Part shown: positions 19,026 to 28,284 of the stretch, in pieces
Position numbering within the stretch: the stretch's first letter is position 1
How the letters are laid out: the number at the start of each line of letters is the position of its first letter
Origin: Clostridia bacterium
GTDB taxonomy: Bacteria; Bacillota; Clostridia; Christensenellales; Aristaeellaceae
Assembly (NCBI GenBank): GCA_017458865.1
Contig: JAFSZW010000198.1
Coordinates: forward strand, 1-35,610
Direction: 5' to 3'
Length of the DNA: 35,610 nt
Position numbers and translations under genes: made by a program
Notes under the pieces: generated by a model
Seen by the model: only the letters and a program-made list of their open reading frames with translations
Database searches by the model: none
What the model was told of the DNA's origin: nothing

Positions 19026-20645
19026 TCAGCCCCAGAGGATGGCCAGCGCGGGCACCATCTGTTTCTTCCTCGAAACAACACCCGGGAGGAAGACGTGGCT
19101 TCCTTTGATCCGTTGCAGGTTGAACGCCTGGCGGATGATTTCGCGGTCGCCCTGGATGATGAGATCCGTTCCCTCGCGCAGCACGTCGGTGATCATGAGG
19201 AGAACCATATCATACTTGTTCTCCTCTTTGATATGCGTCATCTCCTGCAGGAATTCATCCTGACGCTTGAGGAGTGAACGGGAGTCCATCGTGGTAATCT
19301 GGCTGATGCCTACCCGGTGGTCTGTCAGGTGATACTCCTTGAAGTCGGTCTTCAGCAGGACGTCGGCAGGCTTATCAGAGGAACCAGCAGAGAAGACATC
19401 CTTGCCAAGCGCCTCAAGTTCGATGCCGGCAATCCTGGCAAGACGCTCCGCAATTCGCCGGTCTTTCGAGGTTGTCGTGGGCGACTTGAACATGACCGTA
19501 TCGCTGATAATGGCTGCCGCCATGAGGCCTGCGAGCGCTTCGCCCGGCATGAGGCCGTGTTCCTGGAACATGGTGGCGATAATGGTATTGGAAGAGCCAA
19601 CCGGCTCATTGCGCATGAAGACCGGATAGCCGGTTTCCACATCGCCCAGACGATGGTGGTCGATGATGCCGATCAGCTCAGCCTGCTCAAGGCCGGGGAC
19701 GGACTGGCTCATCTCATTGTGATCTACCAGAATCAGGCGCTTGCGGGTGGGCCGGATCAGGTGATATCGGCTGAGCGTGCCGACAACCTTTCCATCACTG
19801 TCAATGACGGGGTAGCTGCGGTAGCGGCTTTTGAGTACGGCATCCTGAACATCATCCAGGAAGTCATCCAGCTGGAAGCTGACCAGATCATCCGTCTTTG
19901 CAATCCGGCTGACCGGTGTGGCCTGATAAAGCAGACGTGCAGCACGCCAGGCGTCATACGGCGTGGCGATAATGCAGGTAGATGAGGAAATGCCGTGGAA
20001 TTTCTCGGCCAGATTGCTCTGGCAGAGGATGATGCAGTTGACCTTGAGGTCAAGCGCTTTCTGGACAACTTCTTCCTGCTGCCCGCAAATAACAATGGAG
20101 TTGGGTCCGACGTTATGCAGATATCCGCCGGTATCCGGAAGTGCAAAGATTACCTCTCCTGAGAGCGTGTCAAAGACATCCTCATCGTGATTGATCACGG
20201 TGCCTTCAATAGCGGAAAGCACATTGAAGATCGGGGCGTTTTCAATGACCGGATTGGAGATGGACTGCATATCACTTTCAGCGATACCGCCGGCAGTGAC
20301 CATGCCGAAAAGGGAGCCGTCCTCATTGGTCACGGGAAGTGCACTCAGATTGGGATTTTCCTGCATCAGCTCCCATGCGTGGCTGACGGGTACGCTCTTG
20401 CCAAGCTTTGGGGGAAGGTCAAAGGAAATATCCCGCACCTGTGTGCGGACGGTAGACAGAAGCATGGGCGGCTGAAATCCGAAACGCTTCAGCAGAAAGC
20501 TTGTCTCATCATTCAGATGCCCAAGACGGACGGGAATATAATTGCTTTCGCCAAGGGTCTTTTTCAGACTGGCGTAAGCAATAGCGGCAACGATGGAATC
20601 GGTATCCGGATTCCGGTGTCCGCATACATAAGTTGTTGGTTCCAT
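19026..20645 (-). CDS. ppaC: Family II (DHH) inorganic pyrophosphatase with CBS/DRTGG regulatory insert (CBS-PPase)
   Basis: N-terminal motif CGHRNPDTDSIVAAIAY, the DHH motif IIDHHRLGD and a DHHA2-like C-terminus. A roughly 250-aa insert gives a total of about 539 aa, typical of CBS-PPases. I place the start at ATG 20645, with GAAGGAG 6 nt upstream; the track start at 20660 is a TTG inside the SD region. Confidence 0.87.
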   Translation of the reverse strand: MEPTTYVCGHRNPDTDSIVAAIAYASLKKTLGESNYIPVRLGHLNDETSFLLKRFGFQPPMLLSTVRTQVRDISFDLPPKLGKSVPVSHAWELMQENPNLSALPVTNEDGSLFGMVTAGGIAESDMQSISNPVIENAPIFNVLSAIEGTVINHDEDVFDTLSGEVIFALPDTGGYLHNVGPNSIVICGQQEEVVQKALDLKVNCIILCQSNLAEKFHGISSSTCIIATPYDAWRAARLLYQATPVSRIAKTDDLVSFQLDDFLDDVQDAVLKSRYRSYPVIDSDGKVVGTLSRYHLIRPTRKRLILVDHNEMSQSVPGLEQAELIGIIDHHRLGDVETGYPVFMRNEPVGSSNTIIATMFQEHGLMPGEALAGLMAAAIISDTVMFKSPTTTSKDRRIAERLARIAGIELEALGKDVFSAGSSDKPADVLLKTDFKEYHLTDHRVGISQITTMDSRSLLKRQDEFLQEMTHIKEENKYDMVLLMITDVLREGTDLIIQGDREIIRQAFNLQRIKGSHVFLPGVVSRKKQMVPALAILWG

Positions 20646-20888
20646 GAAAAACTCCTTCAAAAAGGCTTATAATCAAAAACAGGGTCACATAAGGCTACTA
20701 TCCTAAACCGATTCTGGCAGCTCGGGTGACACAGGGGGATCATCCTGCACTCAAAAAGTGCACGCAGAACCGGCAGTTAGCAGATGTGTTCAACCTGATA
20801 ACAGCAATGGATGATCCAAAGCTATTGTAGATGGACAGTGGATAAAAGTCAAGAATGAACAGACATCTGACCAAGACATGACACACGG

Positions 20889-21257
20889 TCAGGCCAAAAT
20901 CCTGGGAAGGAACAGGTCATCCGGCCAGATCCGGTGGTCAACAATGCCGCTCTGCTGATTCCTTTTGACGCCGTACGGTGGAATGAAGGCACATCTCCGC
21001 TTTTTCGGAGTATGATGGAAGAATGAATCCTTTTCCCGTAGGCTGTTTGCGGAGATTATGTATTCGCTCGGAGAATACTTCATTTCGCATAGGTTCCTTA
21101 CACGATTTCCGTGATCAATCATCAGGTCAATCTGTCCTCGAAGCCATTCTTCCTCATCGTTGTCTGTGAATGACTTGCAGCCCCATGAATAAATGCTGCT
21201 GAACATTCCGGCAATGCCCCAGGCCTGTTTGATATCGACTGCGCGGTGCAGGCCTGT
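20889..21257 (-). pseudogene. C-terminal remnant of an AAA-ATPase/DUF234-type ATP-binding protein gene (5'-truncated, interrupted)
   Basis: QIDLMIDHGNRVRNLCEMKYSPSEYII...IPPYGVKRN...PDDLF matches the conserved C-terminal block of this common gut-Firmicutes/Bacteroidetes family as I recall it (xIDLLIDRxDxVINLCExKFS...ITTYG...MDDLF). Similarity continues upstream of the first Met (HRAVDIKQAWGIAG) and stops at an in-frame TGA at 21258-21260. No ATPase domain lies upstream. Confidence 0.55.
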
Positions 21258-21644
21258 TCAAAGGCATGATCTATCTAGGCATTTTTTTCGGTTTGCCAAA
21301 GGTTCATCAAGTAGCTTTGGCCCTGTCCATCTTGATCTGGATCAGACCACAGGGGTGAGTCTGGAAAGGTTGGATCTTCGATCAGGGCGCGACATGGGTG
21401 ATGATATGCATGGCTGGCATGTTGGATGAGCGGGAATGCGGACAATTGAAACGCTGAAATGTATCATTGGACCGGTAGGTGTTGAGGGAAAAGCCGGAAT
21501 GGATATAATAAGCACATCCGAAAAAACAAAGGCAGATAAATCCGGCTGAAGTGTCCTGAGACGGACGGACTGCAGATGGACAGATCGGACAGGCACTGAA
21601 AGAGACGGTTAATCCGTGAGATGAACCCGAGGGAGGTATGCAAT

Positions 21645-22196
21645 ATGAGGATTACCAAATCGCCAGAGGAACGCAAGGCGGAAATGGTTGCAATCGCATC
21701 TGTTTTGTTTGCAAGGCAGGGCTTTGTACGTACCTCTGTCACGGAGATTACAGATGAGGCCAAAGTCGCCAAGGGACTCTTTTACTACTATTTCACAACC
21801 AAGGATGAGATGGTCAAAAGTGTTGTGGAAGGGTACTGCGCCTATCTTGAGGCTGAGGCGGACAGGATAGCGGACGGCTCTGAAACGGGACGGGAGAAAC
21901 TGCTCAGGCTGTTTGCAGGCGATGAATGGCGGAAGTGCTTCACAGCGCCGATGACAGAGGATCTGAAACTTCCTCAGAGTGCTGCGGTTTACTGTGATAT
22001 GTGCGACCGGATGGCAGCACACCTTCTGCCGGGGATGACCCGGATGGTGGCGCAGATACTTGAGGAGTCGGGCAGATCCTCTGAGATGGCTGAACAGTTT
22101 GCTGGTACCATGCTCTATGGTTTCCTGATGATGATGCGTCAGGACAGACTGAAACCTGGTGAGGTTATGAAGGTACTGGATACGGTGTTTGCCTGA
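21645..22196 (+). CDS. TetR/AcrR-family transcriptional regulator
   Basis: The N-terminal HTH pattern is KAEMVAIASVLFARQGFVRTSVTEITDEAKVAKGLFYYYFTTKDEMV. I place the start at ATG 21645, with GGGAGG 7 nt upstream. Confidence 0.85.
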   Translation: MRITKSPEERKAEMVAIASVLFARQGFVRTSVTEITDEAKVAKGLFYYYFTTKDEMVKSVVEGYCAYLEAEADRIADGSETGREKLLRLFAGDEWRKCFTAPMTEDLKLPQSAAVYCDMCDRMAAHLLPGMTRMVAQILEESGRSSEMAEQFAGTMLYGFLMMMRQDRLKPGEVMKVLDTVFA

Positions 22197-22288
22197 TGCG
22201 GTCGGCATCATGGACAATTCCAGGCATTGGCCTGTTTACATAGATTTTCTTCTATACACATAGATTCGAACCCCCTTTTTTCACATGA

Positions 22289-22316
22289 GGCTGCCATTTG
22301 GCAGCCTTTCTGTTTA
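22289..22316 (+). terminator. Intrinsic terminator after the TetR gene
   Basis: GGCTGCC-ATTT-GGCAGCC followed by TTTCTGTTTA. Confidence 0.65.
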
Positions 22317-22438
22317 TGTTGCGTGACATGCCTTGCTTTTTCAGGGGTGATTTGTTATGCTACCGGCATCCACATGCACGCGCAAAGCGTGCATGAATGG
22401 ACGCAGAGGTTCCTGAACGGATGGAAAGGAAGGACAGA

Positions 22439-23116
22439 ATGCGGATTATTCTGGTACGGCATGGGGAGCCGAATTATGAATTGGACTGTCTGACATCGTC
22501 GGGGTGGCGGCAGGCGGAGGCGGCCGCGGAGCGTCTGGCAGGGGAAGGCATTGAGGCAATCTATTCCTCTCCGATGGGCCGGGCCAGAGAGACAGCGGAG
22601 GCGACAGCACTTCGTCTGGGTTTTACGCACATAGAAACACTGCCGTTCATGCATGAACTGTACTGGGGCAGCAGGGATGGCAGTGAGATGTTTGCACGCG
22701 GGAATCCGTGGGACATCGTGAATAAGATGGTCAGTGAGGGAGCGGACTTTGCAAAGCCGTATCCGCTGTTTGATGCGAACCGCGTGATGGAGGAGGCCGA
22801 GGAGAGAGCTGCCGGGGTAGACGCCTGGCTGGAAACACTGGGATACAGGCGAAAGGGCCTTTACTATACCTGCTGCCGGGAAGATGACACGGAGCACACA
22901 GTGGCACTGTTTGCACACGGTGGATCGCTTTCAGCGGTGGTTGCGCACCTGTTTAACCTGCCGTTCCCGCAGGTATGTGCCATACTGCACATGCCGTTTA
23001 CGGGGATCTGCATCGTAAAACTCGACAGCCACCCGGGTGCTGCACTGAATCCGGAGATCGAACTGGCCAATGACGGACGTCACATAGAGGGCATAACGGT
23101 CAGGACCGGCGCGTGA
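22439..23116 (+). CDS. Histidine phosphatase (phosphoglycerate mutase-like) family protein
   Basis: MRIILVRHGEPNY carries the RHG catalytic motif, with a downstream ...SSPMGRARETAE... and a late FAHGG histidine. I place the start at ATG 22439, preceded by AAGGAAGG. Confidence 0.85.
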   Translation: MRIILVRHGEPNYELDCLTSSGWRQAEAAAERLAGEGIEAIYSSPMGRARETAEATALRLGFTHIETLPFMHELYWGSRDGSEMFARGNPWDIVNKMVSEGADFAKPYPLFDANRVMEEAEERAAGVDAWLETLGYRRKGLYYTCCREDDTEHTVALFAHGGSLSAVVAHLFNLPFPQVCAILHMPFTGICIVKLDSHPGAALNPEIELANDGRHIEGITVRTGA

Positions 23117-23124
23117 CCGGAAAT

Positions 23125-23155
23125 AAAAAAGGAACTGCGGATGCAGTTCCTTTTT
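23125..23155. terminator. Bidirectional intrinsic terminator between the histidine phosphatase gene and glgP
   Basis: AAAAAA-GGAACTGC-GGAT-GCAGTTCC-TTTTT. Confidence 0.8.
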
Positions 23156-23164
23156 GAATATGGA

Positions 23165-25627
23165 TTAGTGCTTGGTGAGCGCCTTGAGATGCCAGATCTT
23201 GTCGTTGTACTCCTGAATGGTGCGGTCCGAGGAGAAGATGCCGCTCTTGGCGACGTTGATAATCTCCTTGCGGGTCCAGGCACGGGAATCAAGGTAGTCA
23301 TGGAAGAGACGGTTCTGGCAGCCCTGATAGGAGCCGAAGTCCTTGAGGACGAGATACGGATCGGCCATGCCGCCGTTGTCGGAGAAGACCAGCGCACGGT
23401 AGAGGCCCTCAAACATGCGAGGATTGTCCGGCGTAAGGGAGCCGTCAAAGAGCATGTTGAGCGCGCGGCGCAGCTCAGCATTGGTCTCGTAGATGTCGAG
23501 GGCACGATAGGTGCCGGCGGCATACAGCGCTTCGACCTCATGTGAACGCATACCGAAGATGTAGCAGTTGTCCATACCGACCAGGTCGGCGATCTCGACG
23601 TTTGCACCGTCCAGCGTGCCGATGGTCACAGCGCCGTTCATCATGAACTTCATGTTGCCGGTGCCGCTGGCTTCCTTGGAAGCGGTGGAGAGCTGTTCGC
23701 TGACCTCGCTGGCAGGGATCAGAACTTCCGCAGTAGAGACATTGTAGTTCTGCAGGAAGACGACCTTGAGGAACTTGGAGACGCGCTCGTTCTTGGCGAT
23801 GTGCGCAGAGAGCACGTTGATGAAGTGGATGATCTCCTTGGCCCTGTAGTAGCCCGGAGCAGCCTTGGCGCCGAAGATGAACGTGCGCGGCGGCATGTTG
23901 TAGTTCGGATCATCGCAGATGCGGTTGTAGAGAACAAGGATGTGCAGCGCGTTGAGCAGCTGGCGCTTGTACTCATGCAGACGCTTGACCTGGACGTCGA
24001 ACATGGAATCCGGATCCAGCACCAGGCCCTGGTGACGGTTGATCCAGTGCATGAAGTGTTCCTTGTTCTCATGCTTGACAGCAGCAAACTTGTCCTGGAA
24101 CGCGGAATCGTCGGCGAGCGGCAGGAGATTTTCGAGCTCCATGAGGTCCTTGTGCCAGCCGATGCCGATGGCCTCGTCAAGCAGCTTGGTGAGTGCCGGG
24201 TTGGCGAGCATGAGCCAGCGGCGCGGTGTGATGCCGTTGGTGATAGCCGTGAACTTCTCCGGCATGACCTCGTAGTAGTCCGCAAACGTGCTGCGCTTCA
24301 GGATCTCGCCGTGGAGCTGAGAAACGCCGTTGATCATCTTGGAGTAGGCGATGCACATATTGGCCATGTGTGCATGGTCGTAAGCCAGGATGGCCATGTG
24401 GCCGATGCGCTCCCACTGTCCCGGGAAGCGGTCGAACAGACGCTGGCAGAGACGGCGGTTGAGTTCCTGCATGATTGTGTAGATACGCGGCAGGGTCTCG
24501 CGAACCATGGACTCGGGCCACTTCTCGAGGGCCTCGGACATGATCGTGTGATTAGTGTAGGCGACAGTTGCCTTGGTGATGCGCTCGGCATCCTCCCAGG
24601 ACAGATGCTCGATATCAATGAGGATGCGCATGAGCTCGGGGATGACCAGGGCCGGATGCGTGTCATTGATGTGGAAGACGACCTTGTCAGGCAGCAGGTA
24701 GATGTTGTCTCCATTGACGCGCTTGAAATCGCGGAGCGCATACTGGAGGCTGGCGCTGACCAGGAAGTACTCCTGCATCAGGCGCAGTTTCTTTCCGTTG
24801 TAGGACTTGTCCTCAGGATAGAGGACCTTGGAGATCTGGGCGGCAATAGAGCTGCCGTCACGGGTAGAGCTGTTGAAGTCACCGGTCGAGAAGCGCTCAA
24901 AGTTGAAGTTCTGCGGCAGGACCGCGCTCCAGCAGCGCAGACGGTCGACGACCTCGCTGTCATAGCCGACGATCGGGAGATCGTACGGGACAGCAACGAC
25001 ATCCTCGGTATCCTCGATGGTGACATAGTTGACATCATCCACCCACTGCTCGACGACGTGACCGCCAAAGCGGACCAGAACGGCGTCTTTCTGCGTCGGG
25101 ATTTCCCAGGCGTTGCCGTAGGTGAGCCACTCATCCGGAATCTCAACCTGCTGGCCGTCGACGATGCGCTGACGGAACAGGCCGTACTCGTAGCGGATGG
25201 TGCAGCCCATGGCCGGATAGTCGAGGGTTGCAAGGGAATCGAGGAAGCAGGCAACCAGACGGCCGAGACCGCCGTTGCCCAGTGCCGGTTCCGGCTCCTC
25301 GTGGAGCACACCACGCAGGGTCAGGCCCATCTCATCAAACGCCTTGACATACTCCTCGGTGGAGCAGAGGTTCAGCAGGTTGCTGTGGAGCCAGCGGCCG
25401 GTCAGGTACTCGATAGAGAGATAGTAAAGGCGCTTGGCCTTGGAGTTGAGGCGCTCTTCCTTTTCAAAACGCCACTTGAGCATGATCTGGTCGCGAACTG
25501 TAGATGCGACCGCGGCGTAGATCTGCTTGGGAGTGGCTTCCTCAAGCGTCACACCATAGTAACGAAGCAATTTGATAAGGATTGACTCCTTGATTGCATC
25601 TTTGTTGTATTCCTTCATCAGGGGCAT
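23165..25627 (-). CDS. glgP: Glycogen/alpha-glucan phosphorylase
   Basis: 820 aa. The PLP-lysine signature EASGTGNMKFMMNGA is present, and GT35 family blocks run throughout. RBS GGGAGG lies 8 nt upstream. Confidence 0.93.
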   Translation of the reverse strand: MPLMKEYNKDAIKESILIKLLRYYGVTLEEATPKQIYAAVASTVRDQIMLKWRFEKEERLNSKAKRLYYLSIEYLTGRWLHSNLLNLCSTEEYVKAFDEMGLTLRGVLHEEPEPALGNGGLGRLVACFLDSLATLDYPAMGCTIRYEYGLFRQRIVDGQQVEIPDEWLTYGNAWEIPTQKDAVLVRFGGHVVEQWVDDVNYVTIEDTEDVVAVPYDLPIVGYDSEVVDRLRCWSAVLPQNFNFERFSTGDFNSSTRDGSSIAAQISKVLYPEDKSYNGKKLRLMQEYFLVSASLQYALRDFKRVNGDNIYLLPDKVVFHINDTHPALVIPELMRILIDIEHLSWEDAERITKATVAYTNHTIMSEALEKWPESMVRETLPRIYTIMQELNRRLCQRLFDRFPGQWERIGHMAILAYDHAHMANMCIAYSKMINGVSQLHGEILKRSTFADYYEVMPEKFTAITNGITPRRWLMLANPALTKLLDEAIGIGWHKDLMELENLLPLADDSAFQDKFAAVKHENKEHFMHWINRHQGLVLDPDSMFDVQVKRLHEYKRQLLNALHILVLYNRICDDPNYNMPPRTFIFGAKAAPGYYRAKEIIHFINVLSAHIAKNERVSKFLKVVFLQNYNVSTAEVLIPASEVSEQLSTASKEASGTGNMKFMMNGAVTIGTLDGANVEIADLVGMDNCYIFGMRSHEVEALYAAGTYRALDIYETNAELRRALNMLFDGSLTPDNPRMFEGLYRALVFSDNGGMADPYLVLKDFGSYQGCQNRLFHDYLDSRAWTRKEIINVAKSGIFSSDRTIQEYNDKIWHLKALTKH

Positions 25628-25682
25628 GTAAGTATCCTCCCGGTTGATTAATCCTTATGCACGGAATGCATAAGAGGGCAGT

Positions 25683-25711
25683 ATTATAACATGATGAATT
25701 TGAGGTGACAA
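25683..25711 (-). promoter_or_regulatory. Putative sigma-A promoter of glgP
   Basis: Minus strand reads TTGTCA (25711-25706), a 17-nt spacer, then TATAAT (25688-25683). Confidence 0.55.
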
Positions 25712-25843
25712 GAAAAAGGCCGTCCACAAGGGAAAAATCAGCCAAAAGGGAAAAGATTCGCCATGAATTTCGTGATTTCTGGCGAACCTTTTGAGTCTTT
25801 TTGACACGGAAGCAGCAGGTACACCGGCCTTTACAGGCAGAAA

Positions 25844-27112
25844 TTACGGAATAAAGCGGGAGATTTCGGCACCGAGTGAATTGAGTTTTGTCTCAAGGTG
25901 CTCATATCCGCGGTCAATATAATGGGTGTTGTAGATCTCCGTTGTGCCATGGGCCATGAGCCCCGCAATGACCAGGGCGGCGCCGGCACGCAGGTCGCTT
26001 GCCTCAACGGCGGCAGCGTGCAGCTGTGGAACACCTTCAATAACAGCGGTCTGTTCATAGACCCGGACGTTGGCGCCCATGCGTTCCATTTCCGCAAGAT
26101 GACGGAAGCGGGACTCGAAGATGTTCTCGACTACGCGCGAAGTGCCTGCAGCTGTGCAGAGCAGAGCGCTCATAGGCTGCTGGAGGTCTGTCGGGAAGCC
26201 AGGATAGACCTGCGTTTTAAACGAGACCGGCCGATGGGCACCGAGGGAACGCACCCGGATGGCATCGTCTTTTTCGTCGACGCGTGCGCCCATTTCAAGG
26301 AGCTTGGCAGTGAGCGCCTCCATATGTGTCGGGATGCATCCGGTAATCGTCACATCGCCATGCGTGCCGGCAGCGGCAATCATGAGCGTGCCGGTTTCGA
26401 TCTGATCCGGGATGATGGCATAGGGACGTCTTGCGGACAGGCCCCTGTTGCCCCGGATGCGGATGGTATCCGTGCCGGCGCCCTTGACCCGGCAGCCGAT
26501 TGATCCGAGAAAGTTCGCCAGGTCAACGATGTGCGGCTCCTTTGCAGCATTGTGGATGATGGTGATGCCCTCAGCACGTGTGGCAGCCAGCATGACGTTG
26601 ATGGTTCCGCCTACTGTGACCATATCCATGAAGATGTCAGTCCCGACAAGCCCGTTGGTTTCTGCGACAACCATGCCGTATGAGGTTTCCACGGCAGCAC
26701 CGAGTGCGCGCATGCCCTTGAGATGCTGGTCAATCGGCCGGCGGCCGATGTCACATCCGCCTGGCATGGGGACGCGAGCCTCACCGAAGCGGGCAAGCAG
26801 TGCGCCAATATAGTAAGAAGACGCGCGCATCTTTCTGGAAAGCTCCAGGGGCACTTCCGTGCGGGTAATCGTGGAGGCGTCTATACTCATGGTTCCGCTT
26901 TCCGGCTGCCAGTCCACGGTTGCCCCCAGATAGCGCAGCGTTTCAACGGACACCCGAACGTCCTCTATATTCGGCAGGTTTTCAATGACACAGGGGGTGT
27001 CACTTAAAATGGCTGCGGGAATGATGGCGACAGCGGAATTCTTGGCGCCGCTGACATGCACCGTTCCCTCCAGACGATGGCCGCCGACAATCAGCATCCG
27101 TTCATCTGACAT
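25844..27112 (-). CDS. murA: UDP-N-acetylglucosamine 1-carboxyvinyltransferase
   Basis: 422 aa. N-terminus LIVGGHRLEGTVHVSGAKNSAVAIIPAAIL. The active-site Cys loop is PGGCDIGRRPID. RBS AGGAGG lies 6 nt upstream. Confidence 0.93.
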   Translation of the reverse strand: MSDERMLIVGGHRLEGTVHVSGAKNSAVAIIPAAILSDTPCVIENLPNIEDVRVSVETLRYLGATVDWQPESGTMSIDASTITRTEVPLELSRKMRASSYYIGALLARFGEARVPMPGGCDIGRRPIDQHLKGMRALGAAVETSYGMVVAETNGLVGTDIFMDMVTVGGTINVMLAATRAEGITIIHNAAKEPHIVDLANFLGSIGCRVKGAGTDTIRIRGNRGLSARRPYAIIPDQIETGTLMIAAAGTHGDVTITGCIPTHMEALTAKLLEMGARVDEKDDAIRVRSLGAHRPVSFKTQVYPGFPTDLQQPMSALLCTAAGTSRVVENIFESRFRHLAEMERMGANVRVYEQTAVIEGVPQLHAAAVEASDLRAGAALVIAGLMAHGTTEIYNTHYIDRGYEHLETKLNSLGAEISRFIP

Positions 27113-27167
27113 GATAAACCTCCTGTTTCAAGACTGGTCGATTCCAAAAGCGAGTTTGAATGTGCAC

Positions 27168-27196
27168 ATTATACACAGGTGTTTCTTTTTTGACAA
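27168..27196 (-). promoter_or_regulatory. Putative sigma-A promoter of murA
   Basis: Minus strand reads TTGTCA (27196-27191), a 17-nt spacer, then TATAAT (27173-27168). Confidence 0.5.
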
Positions 27197-27594
27197 GTCA
27201 GCCATTCTGAAGGCAGGTGCCGAAGGCCGAAAATGGCTGATTTTCGTGGGCATTCCGGGGTTCCATGCGTTCATGTGGACGGTAATTTCCGGGCCATGGA
27301 TGCATCGGAAAGGGAAACGTTTCAGGCAGGATGCTTTGAGGCGGATGCTGGGGATGGACAGATGCCCGGTGAACGGAGGGCGGACTGTTTTCGTTCGGGA
27401 TGCGGGACATTGCAGCGATGAGAGGGACGGGAAATGGGGTGTTTTGCTGAGAGTGGACTTGACAGGACCAGGCCGAGAGGTGGGATATCTCGCTGTGCAT
27501 GAGGCAAACGGAATGGGGCGAAAGAGGGGAATCTGTGGCCTGCGAACGGGCTCAAAAGGAATGATACAGTTTTTTCCCCAAAGAGGGAAAAGTA

Positions 27595-27603
27595 TGGTAT
27601 AAT
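27595..27603 (+). promoter_or_regulatory. Extended -10 element (TGgTATAAT) upstream of the FHA/FtsW/PBP operon
   Basis: TG at 27595-27596 and TATAAT at 27598-27603. There is no good -35. Confidence 0.4.
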
Positions 27604-27633
27604 CAGCGAAAGTTTTTTGCCTGGAGAATGGGT

Positions 27634-28227
27634 ATGGATGCGTGGTATTCCGTATTATCAATGGGGTTCGGGTATTTGTCCGCACTCCTGATTTTGCTGG
27701 TTGTGGTGATTTCTGTCAGAAAGACCGCCTCTGACCAGAGAATTTACAGAAAGGTTGTTCGTGAGAAACGCCAGGTGGCCTATGCAGGGGAACTGGTGGT
27801 GCTCACCGGCAGCGGCAGGAAGCTGCAGTCCGGGGATGTCCTGGGGATTCCGTATGAGGGGACCATCGGGGCAGCATCCGGGTGCGATGTTGTTCTGTCC
27901 GTGCGCAGGCTGCATATGCGTTCCGCTTTTTTCTGGGTGGAACAGAATCAGATGCACATGGTGCCGGTCCAGCGGGACACCATCCTGGTGGACGATGAAC
28001 CGCTGAAACCGGGCGATGAGGCTGTGATGACAAGCGGTGCGGTGCTTTCCGTCAATGGCGTGAAGATGGAACTGCACATATTCGAGGACAGTCCGGCGGT
28101 CTATGGTCAGATGGAGACACCGTACGTGACAAAGGCCCGGCGGGCGCAGGTTCATCTGGGACGGGGGAAAGGTTTCGGAAACAGCGGCTCAATCAGGCCG
28201 GAGCGCAAAGGCCGCGGGGAACAGTGA
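27634..28227 (+). CDS. Membrane-anchored FHA-domain-like protein
   Basis: An N-terminal TM segment (YLSALLILLVVVISV) is followed by an FHA-like beta-sandwich region of about 100 aa (ELVVLTGSG...GTIGAASGCDVVLS...ILVDDEPLKPGDEAVMTSGAVLSVNGVKMELHIF) and a basic tail. Its position upstream of FtsW/RodA plus a PBP matches the known FHA-rodA-pbpA arrangement. ATG 27634 has GGAG 7 nt upstream; ATG 27628 is too close to the SD. Confidence 0.65.
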   Translation: MDAWYSVLSMGFGYLSALLILLVVVISVRKTASDQRIYRKVVREKRQVAYAGELVVLTGSGRKLQSGDVLGIPYEGTIGAASGCDVVLSVRRLHMRSAFFWVEQNQMHMVPVQRDTILVDDEPLKPGDEAVMTSGAVLSVNGVKMELHIFEDSPAVYGQMETPYVTKARRAQVHLGRGKGFGNSGSIRPERKGRGEQ

Positions 28228-28284
28228 CATGGGCGGCAGCGGATGCCGGGTTGGGAACGAAGACCACGCAGAGAGTAAAGAAGG

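Noticed and set aside
23801-25585. 594-aa plus-strand ORF antisense to glgP
   Set aside because: It is a shadow ORF. The composition is dominated by V/D/L/A/G/R/E with no recognisable domain, and it overlaps a bona fide phosphorylase with its PLP-Lys motif.
26985-27685. 205-aa (+) and 185-aa (-) ORFs spanning the murA/FHA intergenic region
   Set aside because: They overlap each other on opposite strands, start inside neighbouring genes or lack an SD, and are Pro/Arg/Ser/Gly-rich low-complexity translations. I treated the region as non-coding (see finding).
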